64,000 nucleotides of DNA. It comes from Pseudomonadota bacterium. GTDB lineage: Archaea; Thermoplasmatota; SW-10-69-26; JACQPN01; JAJPHT01. The position numbers were made by a program, and so were the translations under genes. Each line of letters begins with the position of its first letter. Position 1 is the first letter of the stretch. This document shows positions 56,241 to 64,000 of this stretch, piece after piece. The DNA lies in NCBI GenBank assembly GCA_021325135.1, contig JAJPHT010000030.1, forward strand, positions 32,001 to 96,000, given 5' to 3'. The notes beneath the pieces are model-generated. The model worked only from the letters and a program-made list of their open reading frames with translations, had not been told where the DNA came from and did no database searches.

Positions 56241-56678
56241 GTGATTCCGATGAAGGCCCGAGGCATCGTGCTCATCTTCGCTACGATCGCTCTCATCGTC
56301 ACGAGCACGACCACGTCCGCCTTCGGCGATGCTTCCCAACCTACCGCCGCGATCGCCATCTCCCAACCAGGCGGCGCCATCGTCACCTGGGGCCCCGCGC
56401 CTGAAGCCCCCGACTACTACGAGGTCTACGGAATCAACGGCACGTCGTGGCATTCGGTGGATATCGTCCCATCGGATGCTCCGCCCTCAACCGGAATTGT
56501 GCCAGCATTCCCTGAGTACGCGGTCGTGGCAGTTACCAACGGAGTCCCGTCACCGCCGACACTCGCGGTTACGATGGTCGAGAGTTGCCTGCGCGTCGAA
56601 TTGGAGCCGCCTGCCGTGTCATATGGCTGCAACCCCTCCACACCCAGCCGTGCTGAGCTCGAACTGGACCTGCCGTAG
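56241..56678 (+). CDS. small secreted FN3-like protein
   Basis: GGAGGTG SD, signal peptide, VTW...YEVYG...YAVVAV.NG. Confidence 0.7.
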   Translation: MIPMKARGIVLIFATIALIVTSTTTSAFGDASQPTAAIAISQPGGAIVTWGPAPEAPDYYEVYGINGTSWHSVDIVPSDAPPSTGIVPAFPEYAVVAVTNGVPSPPTLAVTMVESCLRVELEPPAVSYGCNPSTPSRAELELDLP

Positions 56679-56907
56679 ACACTGATGGGCGTGCGCCGGA
56701 CCCCGGAGTCGCATAGGATGTTGCGACGAAATTGACGATGCAGGCGAAGACGGGCGACGTGCTCGTCACGGTGACGAGGATTTCGGCCCCACCTTGGGAG
56801 ACGGCTGCCTACGACCTCACGGTCAACGTCCTCTAACGCCACGCAAGCCCTTGATCGGGGAAGCCGCGCGCCGCAAGGCTTGAATCGAAGGACACCGCTT
56901 AGGTGGA

Positions 56908-56931
56908 TGCGCACACGTATAGGGGCGTGCG
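56908..56931 (+). promoter_or_regulatory. TATA box inside a GCGCAC..GTGCG dyad (copy 1)
   Basis: TGCGCACACGTATAGGGGCGTGCG, repeated at 57730. Confidence 0.55.
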
Positions 56932-57033
56932 CGTCAACTGCGACGGAACGTCGTGCACGCCCCAGGACCGCCTCCAAGCGGTGCCTCAAAGCCTCCTCAT
57001 CCTGGGGCGCTGCACGACCTCCTCGCCGAGGTG

Positions 57034-57705
57034 ATGCCTCGCGACCCTCTCCGCGCCCCTACCATCTTCCCTGCACCACGACGGCCTCCCCCCAGACGCC
57101 CTCGAAAGGTCGTGGTTGGCCTGACCGGCCACCGGCGGAAGGACGAAGGTGAAAGATCACCGCGAGCCAAGCGCACGGCCAGAATCCGGGACGAGTTGCT
57201 GGACATCGTTGCGAAGCGGCCTGGCATTTCACTCACGGCGATCACGCGCGAGATGAACACCGCCTGGAGCGGAGTCTACCACCACCTCCGGGCCTTGGAG
57301 CGCGAGGGCAAGGTGAAGCGCGTCACGCACGGCCGCCGGCGCCTCCTCTATCCTATCAATGCGAACCAGCCAGATCCCGTAGCCGATGGGCTTCTCCATG
57401 GCGCCACCGCTCGCCTGATCGCCCAAGCCATTGCCGAGCACGAGCAACTCGACATCGCCCAACTCGAGATGGTGCTCGACTTGAAGCCACGCGTGGCGTA
57501 CTACCACGTCCGAAAACTACTCGCCGCGGCCCTCATCACCGCTGGATCCACCACAAGGTATCGAGAACTTCGCGCCACGCAACGGCTCCTCCAAGCCCTC
57601 GGGCGACCCGCGCAAGACCCGACCGGCTCACCCCCGCGACCCGATTCGGCGCATGGCCATGGGAATCCCAGTCGAATCGAAAGCCATGAGGCGCGAAAAG
57701 TTTGA
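57034..57705 (+). CDS. double winged-HTH transcriptional regulator (COG3398-like)
   Basis: RPGISLTAI......SGVYHHLRALEREG.V......RRLLY; second HTH AYYHVRKLLAAALI. Confidence 0.82.
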   Translation: MPRDPLRAPTIFPAPRRPPPRRPRKVVVGLTGHRRKDEGERSPRAKRTARIRDELLDIVAKRPGISLTAITREMNTAWSGVYHHLRALEREGKVKRVTHGRRRLLYPINANQPDPVADGLLHGATARLIAQAIAEHEQLDIAQLEMVLDLKPRVAYYHVRKLLAAALITAGSTTRYRELRATQRLLQALGRPAQDPTGSPPRPDSAHGHGNPSRIESHEARKV

Positions 57706-57729
57706 ATCCAAGAACCGTATTGAGAGTTT

Positions 57730-57752
57730 TGCGCACGTTATAGGGGCGTGCG
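57730..57752 (+). promoter_or_regulatory. TATA box inside a GCGCAC..GTGCG dyad (copy 2)
   Basis: TGCGCACGTTATAGGGGCGTGCG. Confidence 0.55.
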
Positions 57753-57865
57753 TTCGCAACCGCGAAGCCATCGCGCACGCCCCGCTCCGCCGCATCAAAC
57801 GGCGGATCCACCCACGCGCCAGTGGGCTTGGGGCTCTGCGTTGACCTCGCGAGAGGTGAACCCGC

Positions 57866-59827
57866 ATGAGCCCCCCGATCCGCACCCTCTCACTCCTCGT
57901 GGCCCTCGTCCTCTCCTTGCCTCTGGGTCACGCTGCAGGCGCCCCCTCGCGCCCCGCGCTGCTCCATGCTCCACCGGCCGGCCTCGCGAGCGTCGAGCCG
58001 CCCCCACTCGCCTGGGCACACGCGAATCCTCGCGATCCCCATACCTACTTCGACGCCACGATGAACCTCCTCAAGCCCGTCTTGCCCGGCATGGCGACGA
58101 GCACCTCCGCCGCACCAAACACGGAGGCCAACCGGGCCGCGCCGTGGCGTTACCCCTTCGCAGCCGGTGATCTGCGCGGCACAGGCGGCCAAGACCTCCT
58201 CGTCTTTGACGTCCTGCTAGACGAGAACTACACGTATCCGGCCACGCGCTTGGAGGCGCTCAGTGGCGCCACGGGTGCCACGCTCTGGACCCTTGCGATG
58301 GATCCGCCCAGTCCGGCGGGCGCCGCGTCGATTCCCGACGTGGATGGGGATGGCGGTCGCGACGTCATCCTGCTCACCTTCACCGTGGACGGCTCGCGCC
58401 CCGACTGCCCCCTCGGCGTCATGGCACCTCCTGATCCCACGGGGACGTTCAACACAGACTGGTACTGCTCCAGCGTGACCACCTACCACTGGACGCTCCA
58501 TGTCCTCAACGGCGCCACCGGCGCGCCCCTCTGGACCCGCACCTGGCAGGGCAAAGAGGGCTACACGACCTTGGGCTTCCCCTACGCGACGAACGCCAGC
58601 GTGGTTGTCGCTCCCCTCGTGCCCACGCAGGGCAGCGCTCCCGAGCTCGTCCTCGACTGGCTCGACGCGGCCGGGGAAGCTGTGCCCGACTATTCGCCCA
58701 CCACCGGCCTCATCACCAACCCCGTCCAAGTCCACGACGACATGCAGGCGAATCTCCTGCGCTTCACCAGCACGGCCCAACTCGTCGTGGGCGCCACCGG
58801 CGCGCCTGTCACGACGCAGGTTCTGCCCCGCAGCACAGCGGAGGCTCTCCTCGTCCCAGGGCCCCTCCTCGGGGGAGGGCAGGGGAGTCTCTTGTGGCTG
58901 AACTTCACCTACCCCCCCGGCGCCCAAGCCTGCGCCAACCTCGCCGAAGGCTCCACACCCCTCACGCCGCGCACCTGCGCGGGAGACGGCGCGAGCGCCA
59001 CGGCCACGCTCCTCGACGCCAGCAACATGGTCCCCCAGTGGAATACGAGCCTGGCTCCAGATGCGGCGTGGGTGGGCACGTTCGGGGACCTCGACGGGGA
59101 TGGCATCTCGGACCTCCTCGTCTTCCGCTTCCCACTGACCGACTCGCCCTCCTGGGAGGCCATCAGCGGCGCGACAGGAGCCCACCTCTGGAGCAGGCCC
59201 ATCGAGGCGTTCTTCCTCATACCAATCGGCAACGTGGATGACGGTCCCGGTCTTGACGTGGTCACCTTCGATACCGCGGCCACAAGCGGCGGGACCATTG
59301 GCCTCAACGTCACGCGCTGGGATGGCGCCACTGGAGCCAGGCTCCTGAGCACGACGCCCACGGCGAGGGCGGGCTGCGACGGCACGGGCTATGCGCTCGA
59401 CGTCGCCCCCGACGCCCTCCACGAGGGCGCTGGCATCGTCCTCGTCAGTTTCATCGCGGATTGCAACGGCACGCATACCAGCACGCTCCATGCCGAATCC
59501 GGCCGCAGCGGCCGCGCCCTCATCCAAGAGGAGAACCAGTCGGGGAGTCGGGTCCTCGTAGGCAACCTCCCAGCCGCGTGCGCTTGCGCGCCAAGCGCCT
59601 ACGAGTATGACTGGGAGCATGGGAGCGGCACGCTGCGCGCGCTCGACCTTGCGACCCAGACCACGCTTTGGACGCGCGCGCCCAGCCCGGGCAGCTACAT
59701 CCTGCCAGACCTCACCGCGGATGGCGCGCCTGACCTGGTTGAGGTCCAATACGACTCCCTCGCCGGGAGCACGCTGGTGGCGTTGAGCGGAGCCACCGGA
59801 ACGCCCGTCTGGACCAGCCCCCCGTGA
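57866..59827 (+). CDS. secreted FG-GAP/PQQ-like beta-propeller protein
   Basis: SGATG..LW repeats, DVDGDG/DLDGDG motifs, GAGGTGA SD. Confidence 0.85.
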   Translation: MSPPIRTLSLLVALVLSLPLGHAAGAPSRPALLHAPPAGLASVEPPPLAWAHANPRDPHTYFDATMNLLKPVLPGMATSTSAAPNTEANRAAPWRYPFAAGDLRGTGGQDLLVFDVLLDENYTYPATRLEALSGATGATLWTLAMDPPSPAGAASIPDVDGDGGRDVILLTFTVDGSRPDCPLGVMAPPDPTGTFNTDWYCSSVTTYHWTLHVLNGATGAPLWTRTWQGKEGYTTLGFPYATNASVVVAPLVPTQGSAPELVLDWLDAAGEAVPDYSPTTGLITNPVQVHDDMQANLLRFTSTAQLVVGATGAPVTTQVLPRSTAEALLVPGPLLGGGQGSLLWLNFTYPPGAQACANLAEGSTPLTPRTCAGDGASATATLLDASNMVPQWNTSLAPDAAWVGTFGDLDGDGISDLLVFRFPLTDSPSWEAISGATGAHLWSRPIEAFFLIPIGNVDDGPGLDVVTFDTAATSGGTIGLNVTRWDGATGARLLSTTPTARAGCDGTGYALDVAPDALHEGAGIVLVSFIADCNGTHTSTLHAESGRSGRALIQEENQSGSRVLVGNLPAACACAPSAYEYDWEHGSGTLRALDLATQTTLWTRAPSPGSYILPDLTADGAPDLVEVQYDSLAGSTLVALSGATGTPVWTSPP

Positions 59828-59840
59828 GGAGACACAATCC

Positions 59841-60413
59841 ATGTCTCGCGCATTCCTCCCCCTCACGTGCATCCTAGCCCTCGCGGGCCTCCCCGTGTCA
59901 GTCCAAGCGCGCGAAGCAGGCTTCGACACGAGCTGGCAGCAAGCGGGACACGCCTGGACGTTCCTGGGCGTTGAGCAGCCCGGAGGCTTCGCGCGCGGCT
60001 TCGCCCCCGATCCGGACGCCTGGTTCAGCGACCACGCCACCGTCCTGGGCGTGAGTCCCACCCAGATCACGATCCAGTTTGAGGCATGCGCGTCCCTAAC
60101 GGCAGCCACGCCATCCAGCGTCGCGACGGTCACGTACGTGCGCCAGACGCGCCTCGATGCCACGGAGCAGGCCTCGTTCCTCTGGATCAACCCAAGCGAC
60201 GTGGCGATGGGTCACGCCCAACTGGGCGATCACGAGTACGTCCTGCTGATGGCGAACAGCCCCCTGGTGGAGTTCAGCGATGGGCACACGGACTACTGGT
60301 TCGACGCGCACACCGGCCTGCTTCACCACGTCACGGACGAATGGAACGGCGCAGCATCCACTCGAACGCCGGGTCCTTCCGCCTGCCCCAACGCCTCCAT
60401 GGAACACGCCTGA
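59841..60413 (+). CDS. secreted hypothetical protein
   Basis: GAGGAG SD, signal peptide, YWFDAHTGLL. Confidence 0.72.
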   Translation: MSRAFLPLTCILALAGLPVSVQAREAGFDTSWQQAGHAWTFLGVEQPGGFARGFAPDPDAWFSDHATVLGVSPTQITIQFEACASLTAATPSSVATVTYVRQTRLDATEQASFLWINPSDVAMGHAQLGDHEYVLLMANSPLVEFSDGHTDYWFDAHTGLLHHVTDEWNGAASTRTPGPSACPNASMEHA

Positions 60414-60421
60414 GGGACACG

Positions 60422-61267
60422 ATGGTCGAGATTGCGCCGGATACCCTCATCACGTACGCGCGCCTCGCCGCCGAGGACGAGGACCCCCAACGCGCCTTGG
60501 CCTACGTCACGGAAGCCCGACGCGTCGCCCCCACCAGCGTGGAAGCCGTCGAGTTCGAAGCCTTCATCCGCGGCCGCCTCCACGAATACGACCAAGCCTT
60601 CGATCTCTACGCCCAGGCCATGATGGCCGGCAGTGAGAACGCGCCCTTCAACGCGGCCTACCTCGCAGCCAGTCTCGAGGACACAGCGACCGCCAAGCGG
60701 TTCTTCCTTCGCTGCTTCGAAACGCGTCCGGCTGAAGCCGTGGCCGCCGTCCACGCGGACCCCTTCTTCGCCAGCCTCACCGAGCAATCCGACATCAAAG
60801 AAGCCCTCGACGCGGCCTCCCAACGCCTCGACGACCTTCACACGCCTCCGGGACCCCGAGTGAGGCCGGCGCACCCTCTTCCACCAGCGGCCCCGACTCT
60901 TCGCTCCGCCCCGGCTTGGCGCCTTCGCGCATGGCACCTGGGCTACTACCCGGCGTATCTCGAACTCCTCCTCGGCCTCGCCTTCCTGCTTCCCGCCCCC
61001 TTCGTCCAGCTCGGCTTCCTCTTTCTCACCGTCGGACTCGCACTTCTCGCCTCCGGCAGTTGGCTCATGTTGCTCCGCCTCAAGCGCCGACGCGCTTACA
61101 TCCACGACCTCCACGAAGCCTGGACCAAGTACCCCATCCTCCACGAGGAAGTCTTCTCGGCCCTCCTGAGCGCCCAAGCCGACTTGGGCCTGAGCGGCGA
61201 GGAGGCCATCAGCCTCGAGAAGATCGCGCTCGCGCACTTCCCCCAACGCGTCCAGGAGGAAGCATGA
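60422..61267 (+). CDS. TPR + 2-TM membrane protein
   Basis: TPR-like helices, DPFFASL cap, two TM segments. Confidence 0.75.
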   Translation: MVEIAPDTLITYARLAAEDEDPQRALAYVTEARRVAPTSVEAVEFEAFIRGRLHEYDQAFDLYAQAMMAGSENAPFNAAYLAASLEDTATAKRFFLRCFETRPAEAVAAVHADPFFASLTEQSDIKEALDAASQRLDDLHTPPGPRVRPAHPLPPAAPTLRSAPAWRLRAWHLGYYPAYLELLLGLAFLLPAPFVQLGFLFLTVGLALLASGSWLMLLRLKRRRAYIHDLHEAWTKYPILHEEVFSALLSAQADLGLSGEEAISLEKIALAHFPQRVQEEA

Positions 61268-61761
61268 TCAACCGCTTCCTTCAGAGGCTGGGACGACATC
61301 TCGCGCGCCCCCTCAGCTTGGGAAGCGCGCGCCTTCCCCATGACCTGACCGTGGATCAGTACGCGGCTCTCTTGGACGTGGCCATGATGAGCCGCGAATT
61401 CGAGCGCGCCCTCGAACTCACCTCACTCCTGCGCGGACTCGCACCTGGAAGCGTGCATGTTGTCGAGACAGAAGCCTGCGCCCACGCTGAACTGGGTCAC
61501 ACGCAGGAAGCCTACCAGCTCTACAGGAAGGCCCACGAGGTCGGCAGCAAGGACGCCGCTTTCGCCGGGCTCTGTGTTGCCTTGGATCACGACGACATGG
61601 AGGCCGCCCGCGAATTCATCGCTTGCTACCTCACCGCCTCTCTTCCCCAAGAGGATCTCAGGGACATCGGAGATCCACGCGTCGAGAAGCTCACCCGCGA
61701 ATGGAGAGCCACACGCGTGGGGTGGTCACCCAAACCTACCCGCACAGAGGTGAAACCATGA
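61264..61761 (+). CDS. TPR-like protein
   Basis: ATGA overlap, GGAGG SD; resembles the upstream gene's N-terminus (AP.SV..VE.EA). Confidence 0.7.
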   Translation: MINRFLQRLGRHLARPLSLGSARLPHDLTVDQYAALLDVAMMSREFERALELTSLLRGLAPGSVHVVETEACAHAELGHTQEAYQLYRKAHEVGSKDAAFAGLCVALDHDDMEAAREFIACYLTASLPQEDLRDIGDPRVEKLTREWRATRVGWSPKPTRTEVKP

Positions 61762-62222
61762 CGACCGTGCCCCGTATTCCTCCTCTCGACGTAGTGTTCT
61801 TCATCGTGGGCGCGCTGCTCTTCGGGGGCGCGCTCACTGCCATTATCATCACTCAAGGCCCCGGAGCTTTCACTGGGCCCGCGCAGTCCGACACGATCCC
61901 CGTCGTCTCGCTGACGGTGGAGAACTTCACCTACACGGCGTTGAACGGGGTGCTCAACGCCACCGGCAGCGTCGTGAACCTGGACACGAAGCCCATCACG
62001 GCCGTCGTGGTCACGATCACCGGCTACGATGCGGGCCATCACGCCCGAGACCACGAGCTGCTGACCTTCAACGGCACACTCCAGCCCGGCGAACGCTGGC
62101 CCTTCAACGCTACCTTCTGTCCTCCCAAGGACACGGGTGAGATCGCCGGCTACGAGGCGGACGTGACTGGACGAACGGCCGATGCACCCGGGCTCACGCC
62201 GCACCGCCGGGAGGACGCATGA
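61758..62222 (+). CDS. membrane-anchored FxLYD-like domain protein
   Basis: TM helix, GSVVN......VVVTITGYD...LQPGERWPF. Confidence 0.72.
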   Translation: MTTVPRIPPLDVVFFIVGALLFGGALTAIIITQGPGAFTGPAQSDTIPVVSLTVENFTYTALNGVLNATGSVVNLDTKPITAVVVTITGYDAGHHARDHELLTFNGTLQPGERWPFNATFCPPKDTGEIAGYEADVTGRTADAPGLTPHRREDA

Positions 62223-62845
62223 TCCGCCCAGCACGCAAGGACAACCATCGGCGCGTGTTCGCCCTCATCGTACTGCTCACGATGGCCGGCTGCGTGAGCC
62301 CCTCGCCGCCATCGGAAGTGCCTGCGGCGCCGGCGCGCGCTGACCTTGCGGCGCAGCCTACTACGAGCGGCGCATCGACCATGCCGACGAACACCACGCA
62401 GTCAGCGCCCTTCGTGCTCCGGTACGACGGCCAGACCAACACGAGCGCGTTCGTCTGCGCGAACGCGACTGTCGGGGACGAGGTATGCCAATGGACCCCG
62501 ACGGACCCCGGCGGCTACCGCTCGCTGACGAACGGCTCCTACAACCACGCGCACCTCACGCTGACGTGGACCGCGACCTCGCCCGCGACGCAACAGCTCC
62601 ACCTGAGCCTCAACGACGTTGTACCCGATTCAGGGGACTGGAACACGCTCTGCCAAGCCAACGCGACGAGCTCCCCCTTCCCCTTCGACTGCGACCTGAA
62701 GGGCCACAACGCCACCTTCGACCTGCTCCTCTTCGTCCGCCCACCCAACTATCCCACAGGCAACCCGCCCTTGGGCGGATGGGTCGGCACAGACCAGCCG
62801 TTCCACGTCGAGATCACCCTCACAAACACGACCCGCCAAGTGTGA
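62219..62845 (+). CDS. lipoprotein
   Basis: LLTMAGC lipobox; LTLTW...L.L; DQPF. Confidence 0.75.
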   Translation: MIRPARKDNHRRVFALIVLLTMAGCVSPSPPSEVPAAPARADLAAQPTTSGASTMPTNTTQSAPFVLRYDGQTNTSAFVCANATVGDEVCQWTPTDPGGYRSLTNGSYNHAHLTLTWTATSPATQQLHLSLNDVVPDSGDWNTLCQANATSSPFPFDCDLKGHNATFDLLLFVRPPNYPTGNPPLGGWVGTDQPFHVEITLTNTTRQV

Positions 62846-62850
62846 AACCC

Positions 62851-63762
62851 ATGGACGATCCCCTCCTCTCTGCCCTCGAAGTCGTCGGCCTTCTTGCCAC
62901 GTTCAGCCTCGCCGCGTGGCTCCTAGTCAAGCGCCACCCCGTCGCCCGCGCCCTTGGAGCCTCCGCGGTGCTCAATGGCCTGCTGACCATGGGCATCAGC
63001 CTTGGCGACTACGGATTCCCTGACTCGTGGAAGCGCGCCACTTGGATGTCGTGCTTCTTCGCCCCGCCCCTGCTCGTCTTGGCGTGGAAGTGGTTCCACT
63101 CCACCAGTGGAACGAAGGAGCCCTGGACGTCCCGGTTGGGCTTCTTCTACGGCCTCGCCTGGATCTTCACGGGCGTCTGCGTTGTTACGTTCCTCGCCGT
63201 GCCTTGCGCGTGGAGCTGCACGCAAGGCAACGCGGGCGTGACGGGGCCGCTGGTGCTCACTCTCTCCCTCACGACTCTCGTGCCGCTGGCCTGCGCGTTC
63301 CTGCTCGTGAGCGACGCGCGCCGGCCGACGCCCCTCCTGGGCGGGACCGCGGCCGTCGCGGGCGCCGTGATCCTGCTGCTGCGCGCGCTGGCCTACGAGG
63401 GCATCTTCATGGGCGCCCTCGCCATGGGCCACTGGCCCACCGGGGCTTATCTCGTTGCGTTCGATGCCATCAGCGTGACGCTGGGCCTCGCCGCGCTCGG
63501 CGGGCTCGCCTGGATCGCCAAGACCCAGTGGCAGGCGGGCCTCCGCCTGCGCGCGGCGACCATTCTCGTCTGGAGCGGGACCGCGCTCCTCGTGGGCGCC
63601 ATCTTCGGAGGCATCGCCGCGCCCCTCGTGGGCCCCTACGCGGGCTACCCCTACGTCTTGGGCGGGATCGGGCTGAGCCTCGCGCTGTTCATGGTGCTCC
63701 GCCGAGCCACCTTCCAGCCCGCGCGCTCGCAGGAGGCCACGCTGGGGGCCGAGCACGCATGA
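62851..63762 (+). CDS. multi-pass membrane protein
   Basis: About 8-9 hydrophobic helices. Confidence 0.75.
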   Translation: MDDPLLSALEVVGLLATFSLAAWLLVKRHPVARALGASAVLNGLLTMGISLGDYGFPDSWKRATWMSCFFAPPLLVLAWKWFHSTSGTKEPWTSRLGFFYGLAWIFTGVCVVTFLAVPCAWSCTQGNAGVTGPLVLTLSLTTLVPLACAFLLVSDARRPTPLLGGTAAVAGAVILLLRALAYEGIFMGALAMGHWPTGAYLVAFDAISVTLGLAALGGLAWIAKTQWQAGLRLRAATILVWSGTALLVGAIFGGIAAPLVGPYAGYPYVLGGIGLSLALFMVLRRATFQPARSQEATLGAEHA

Positions 63763-63841
63763 GGACCACCCAGGGGCCCAGCGGGAGACCTTCACCTTCG
63801 CAGGCGTTCTGTCGAACACGTCCATCCACGAGTGAATCCGC

Positions 63842-64000
63842 ATGAGCGATCCGATCATCACCTCATTCCAAGCCCTCGCCAGCGCTGCCAACTTCGCCCT
63901 TGCAGCATGGCTGATCCTCCGGCGCGGGCAGCCCTCCGCCCGTGCCGTCGGCTGGTTCTTCGCCATCTACGGCTTCACGTTCCTTAGCAGCGTCCTGGCC
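63842..64000 (+). CDS. membrane protein, partial, N-terminus similar to the upstream gene
   Basis: MSDPIITSFQALASAANFALAAWLILRRGQPSARAVG vs MDDPLLSALEVVGLLATFSLAAWLLVKRHPVARALG. Confidence 0.6.
   Translation, partial: MSDPIITSFQALASAANFALAAWLILRRGQPSARAVGWFFAIYGFTFLSSVLA

Overview
High-GC window with two sharply different halves and no rRNA, tRNA, CRISPR or core housekeeping genes. An archaeal (probably Thermoplasmatota-like) context is inferred from GAGGTGA Shine-Dalgarno sites, TATA-like boxes, a FEN1-type nuclease, a double winged-HTH regulator and PPC/CARDB surface proteins. Left half (1-28.3 kb): about 45 co-oriented minus-strand genes, mostly small hypotheticals. They include a Ku-like protein (window edge, missing from the ORF track), a wHTH-fused DNA methyltransferase with degenerate catalytic motifs, a GHKL ATPase and a FEN1-like nuclease. 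This looks like the early/accessory region of a large mobile element. Its most striking feature is a ~13-nt asymmetric motif (mRNA sense YTGRACSAAGHCY) 12-20 nt upstream of the ATG of 25 genes between 0.5 and 24.1 kb. Translationally coupled genes lack it, and I did not see it before right-half genes. A ~1.6 kb non-coding, hairpin- and A/T-tract-rich spacer (28.3-29.9 kb) separates the halves. Right half (29.9-64 kb): a secreted/surface protein island with PPC-CARDB paralogues, a Cys-rich solenoid protein, beta-propellers, TPR-membrane proteins and wHTH regulators with palindromic operators. It also holds a 3627-aa giant with a toxin-like tip and an adjacent lipoprotein. All family assignments are by eye; no searches were run.
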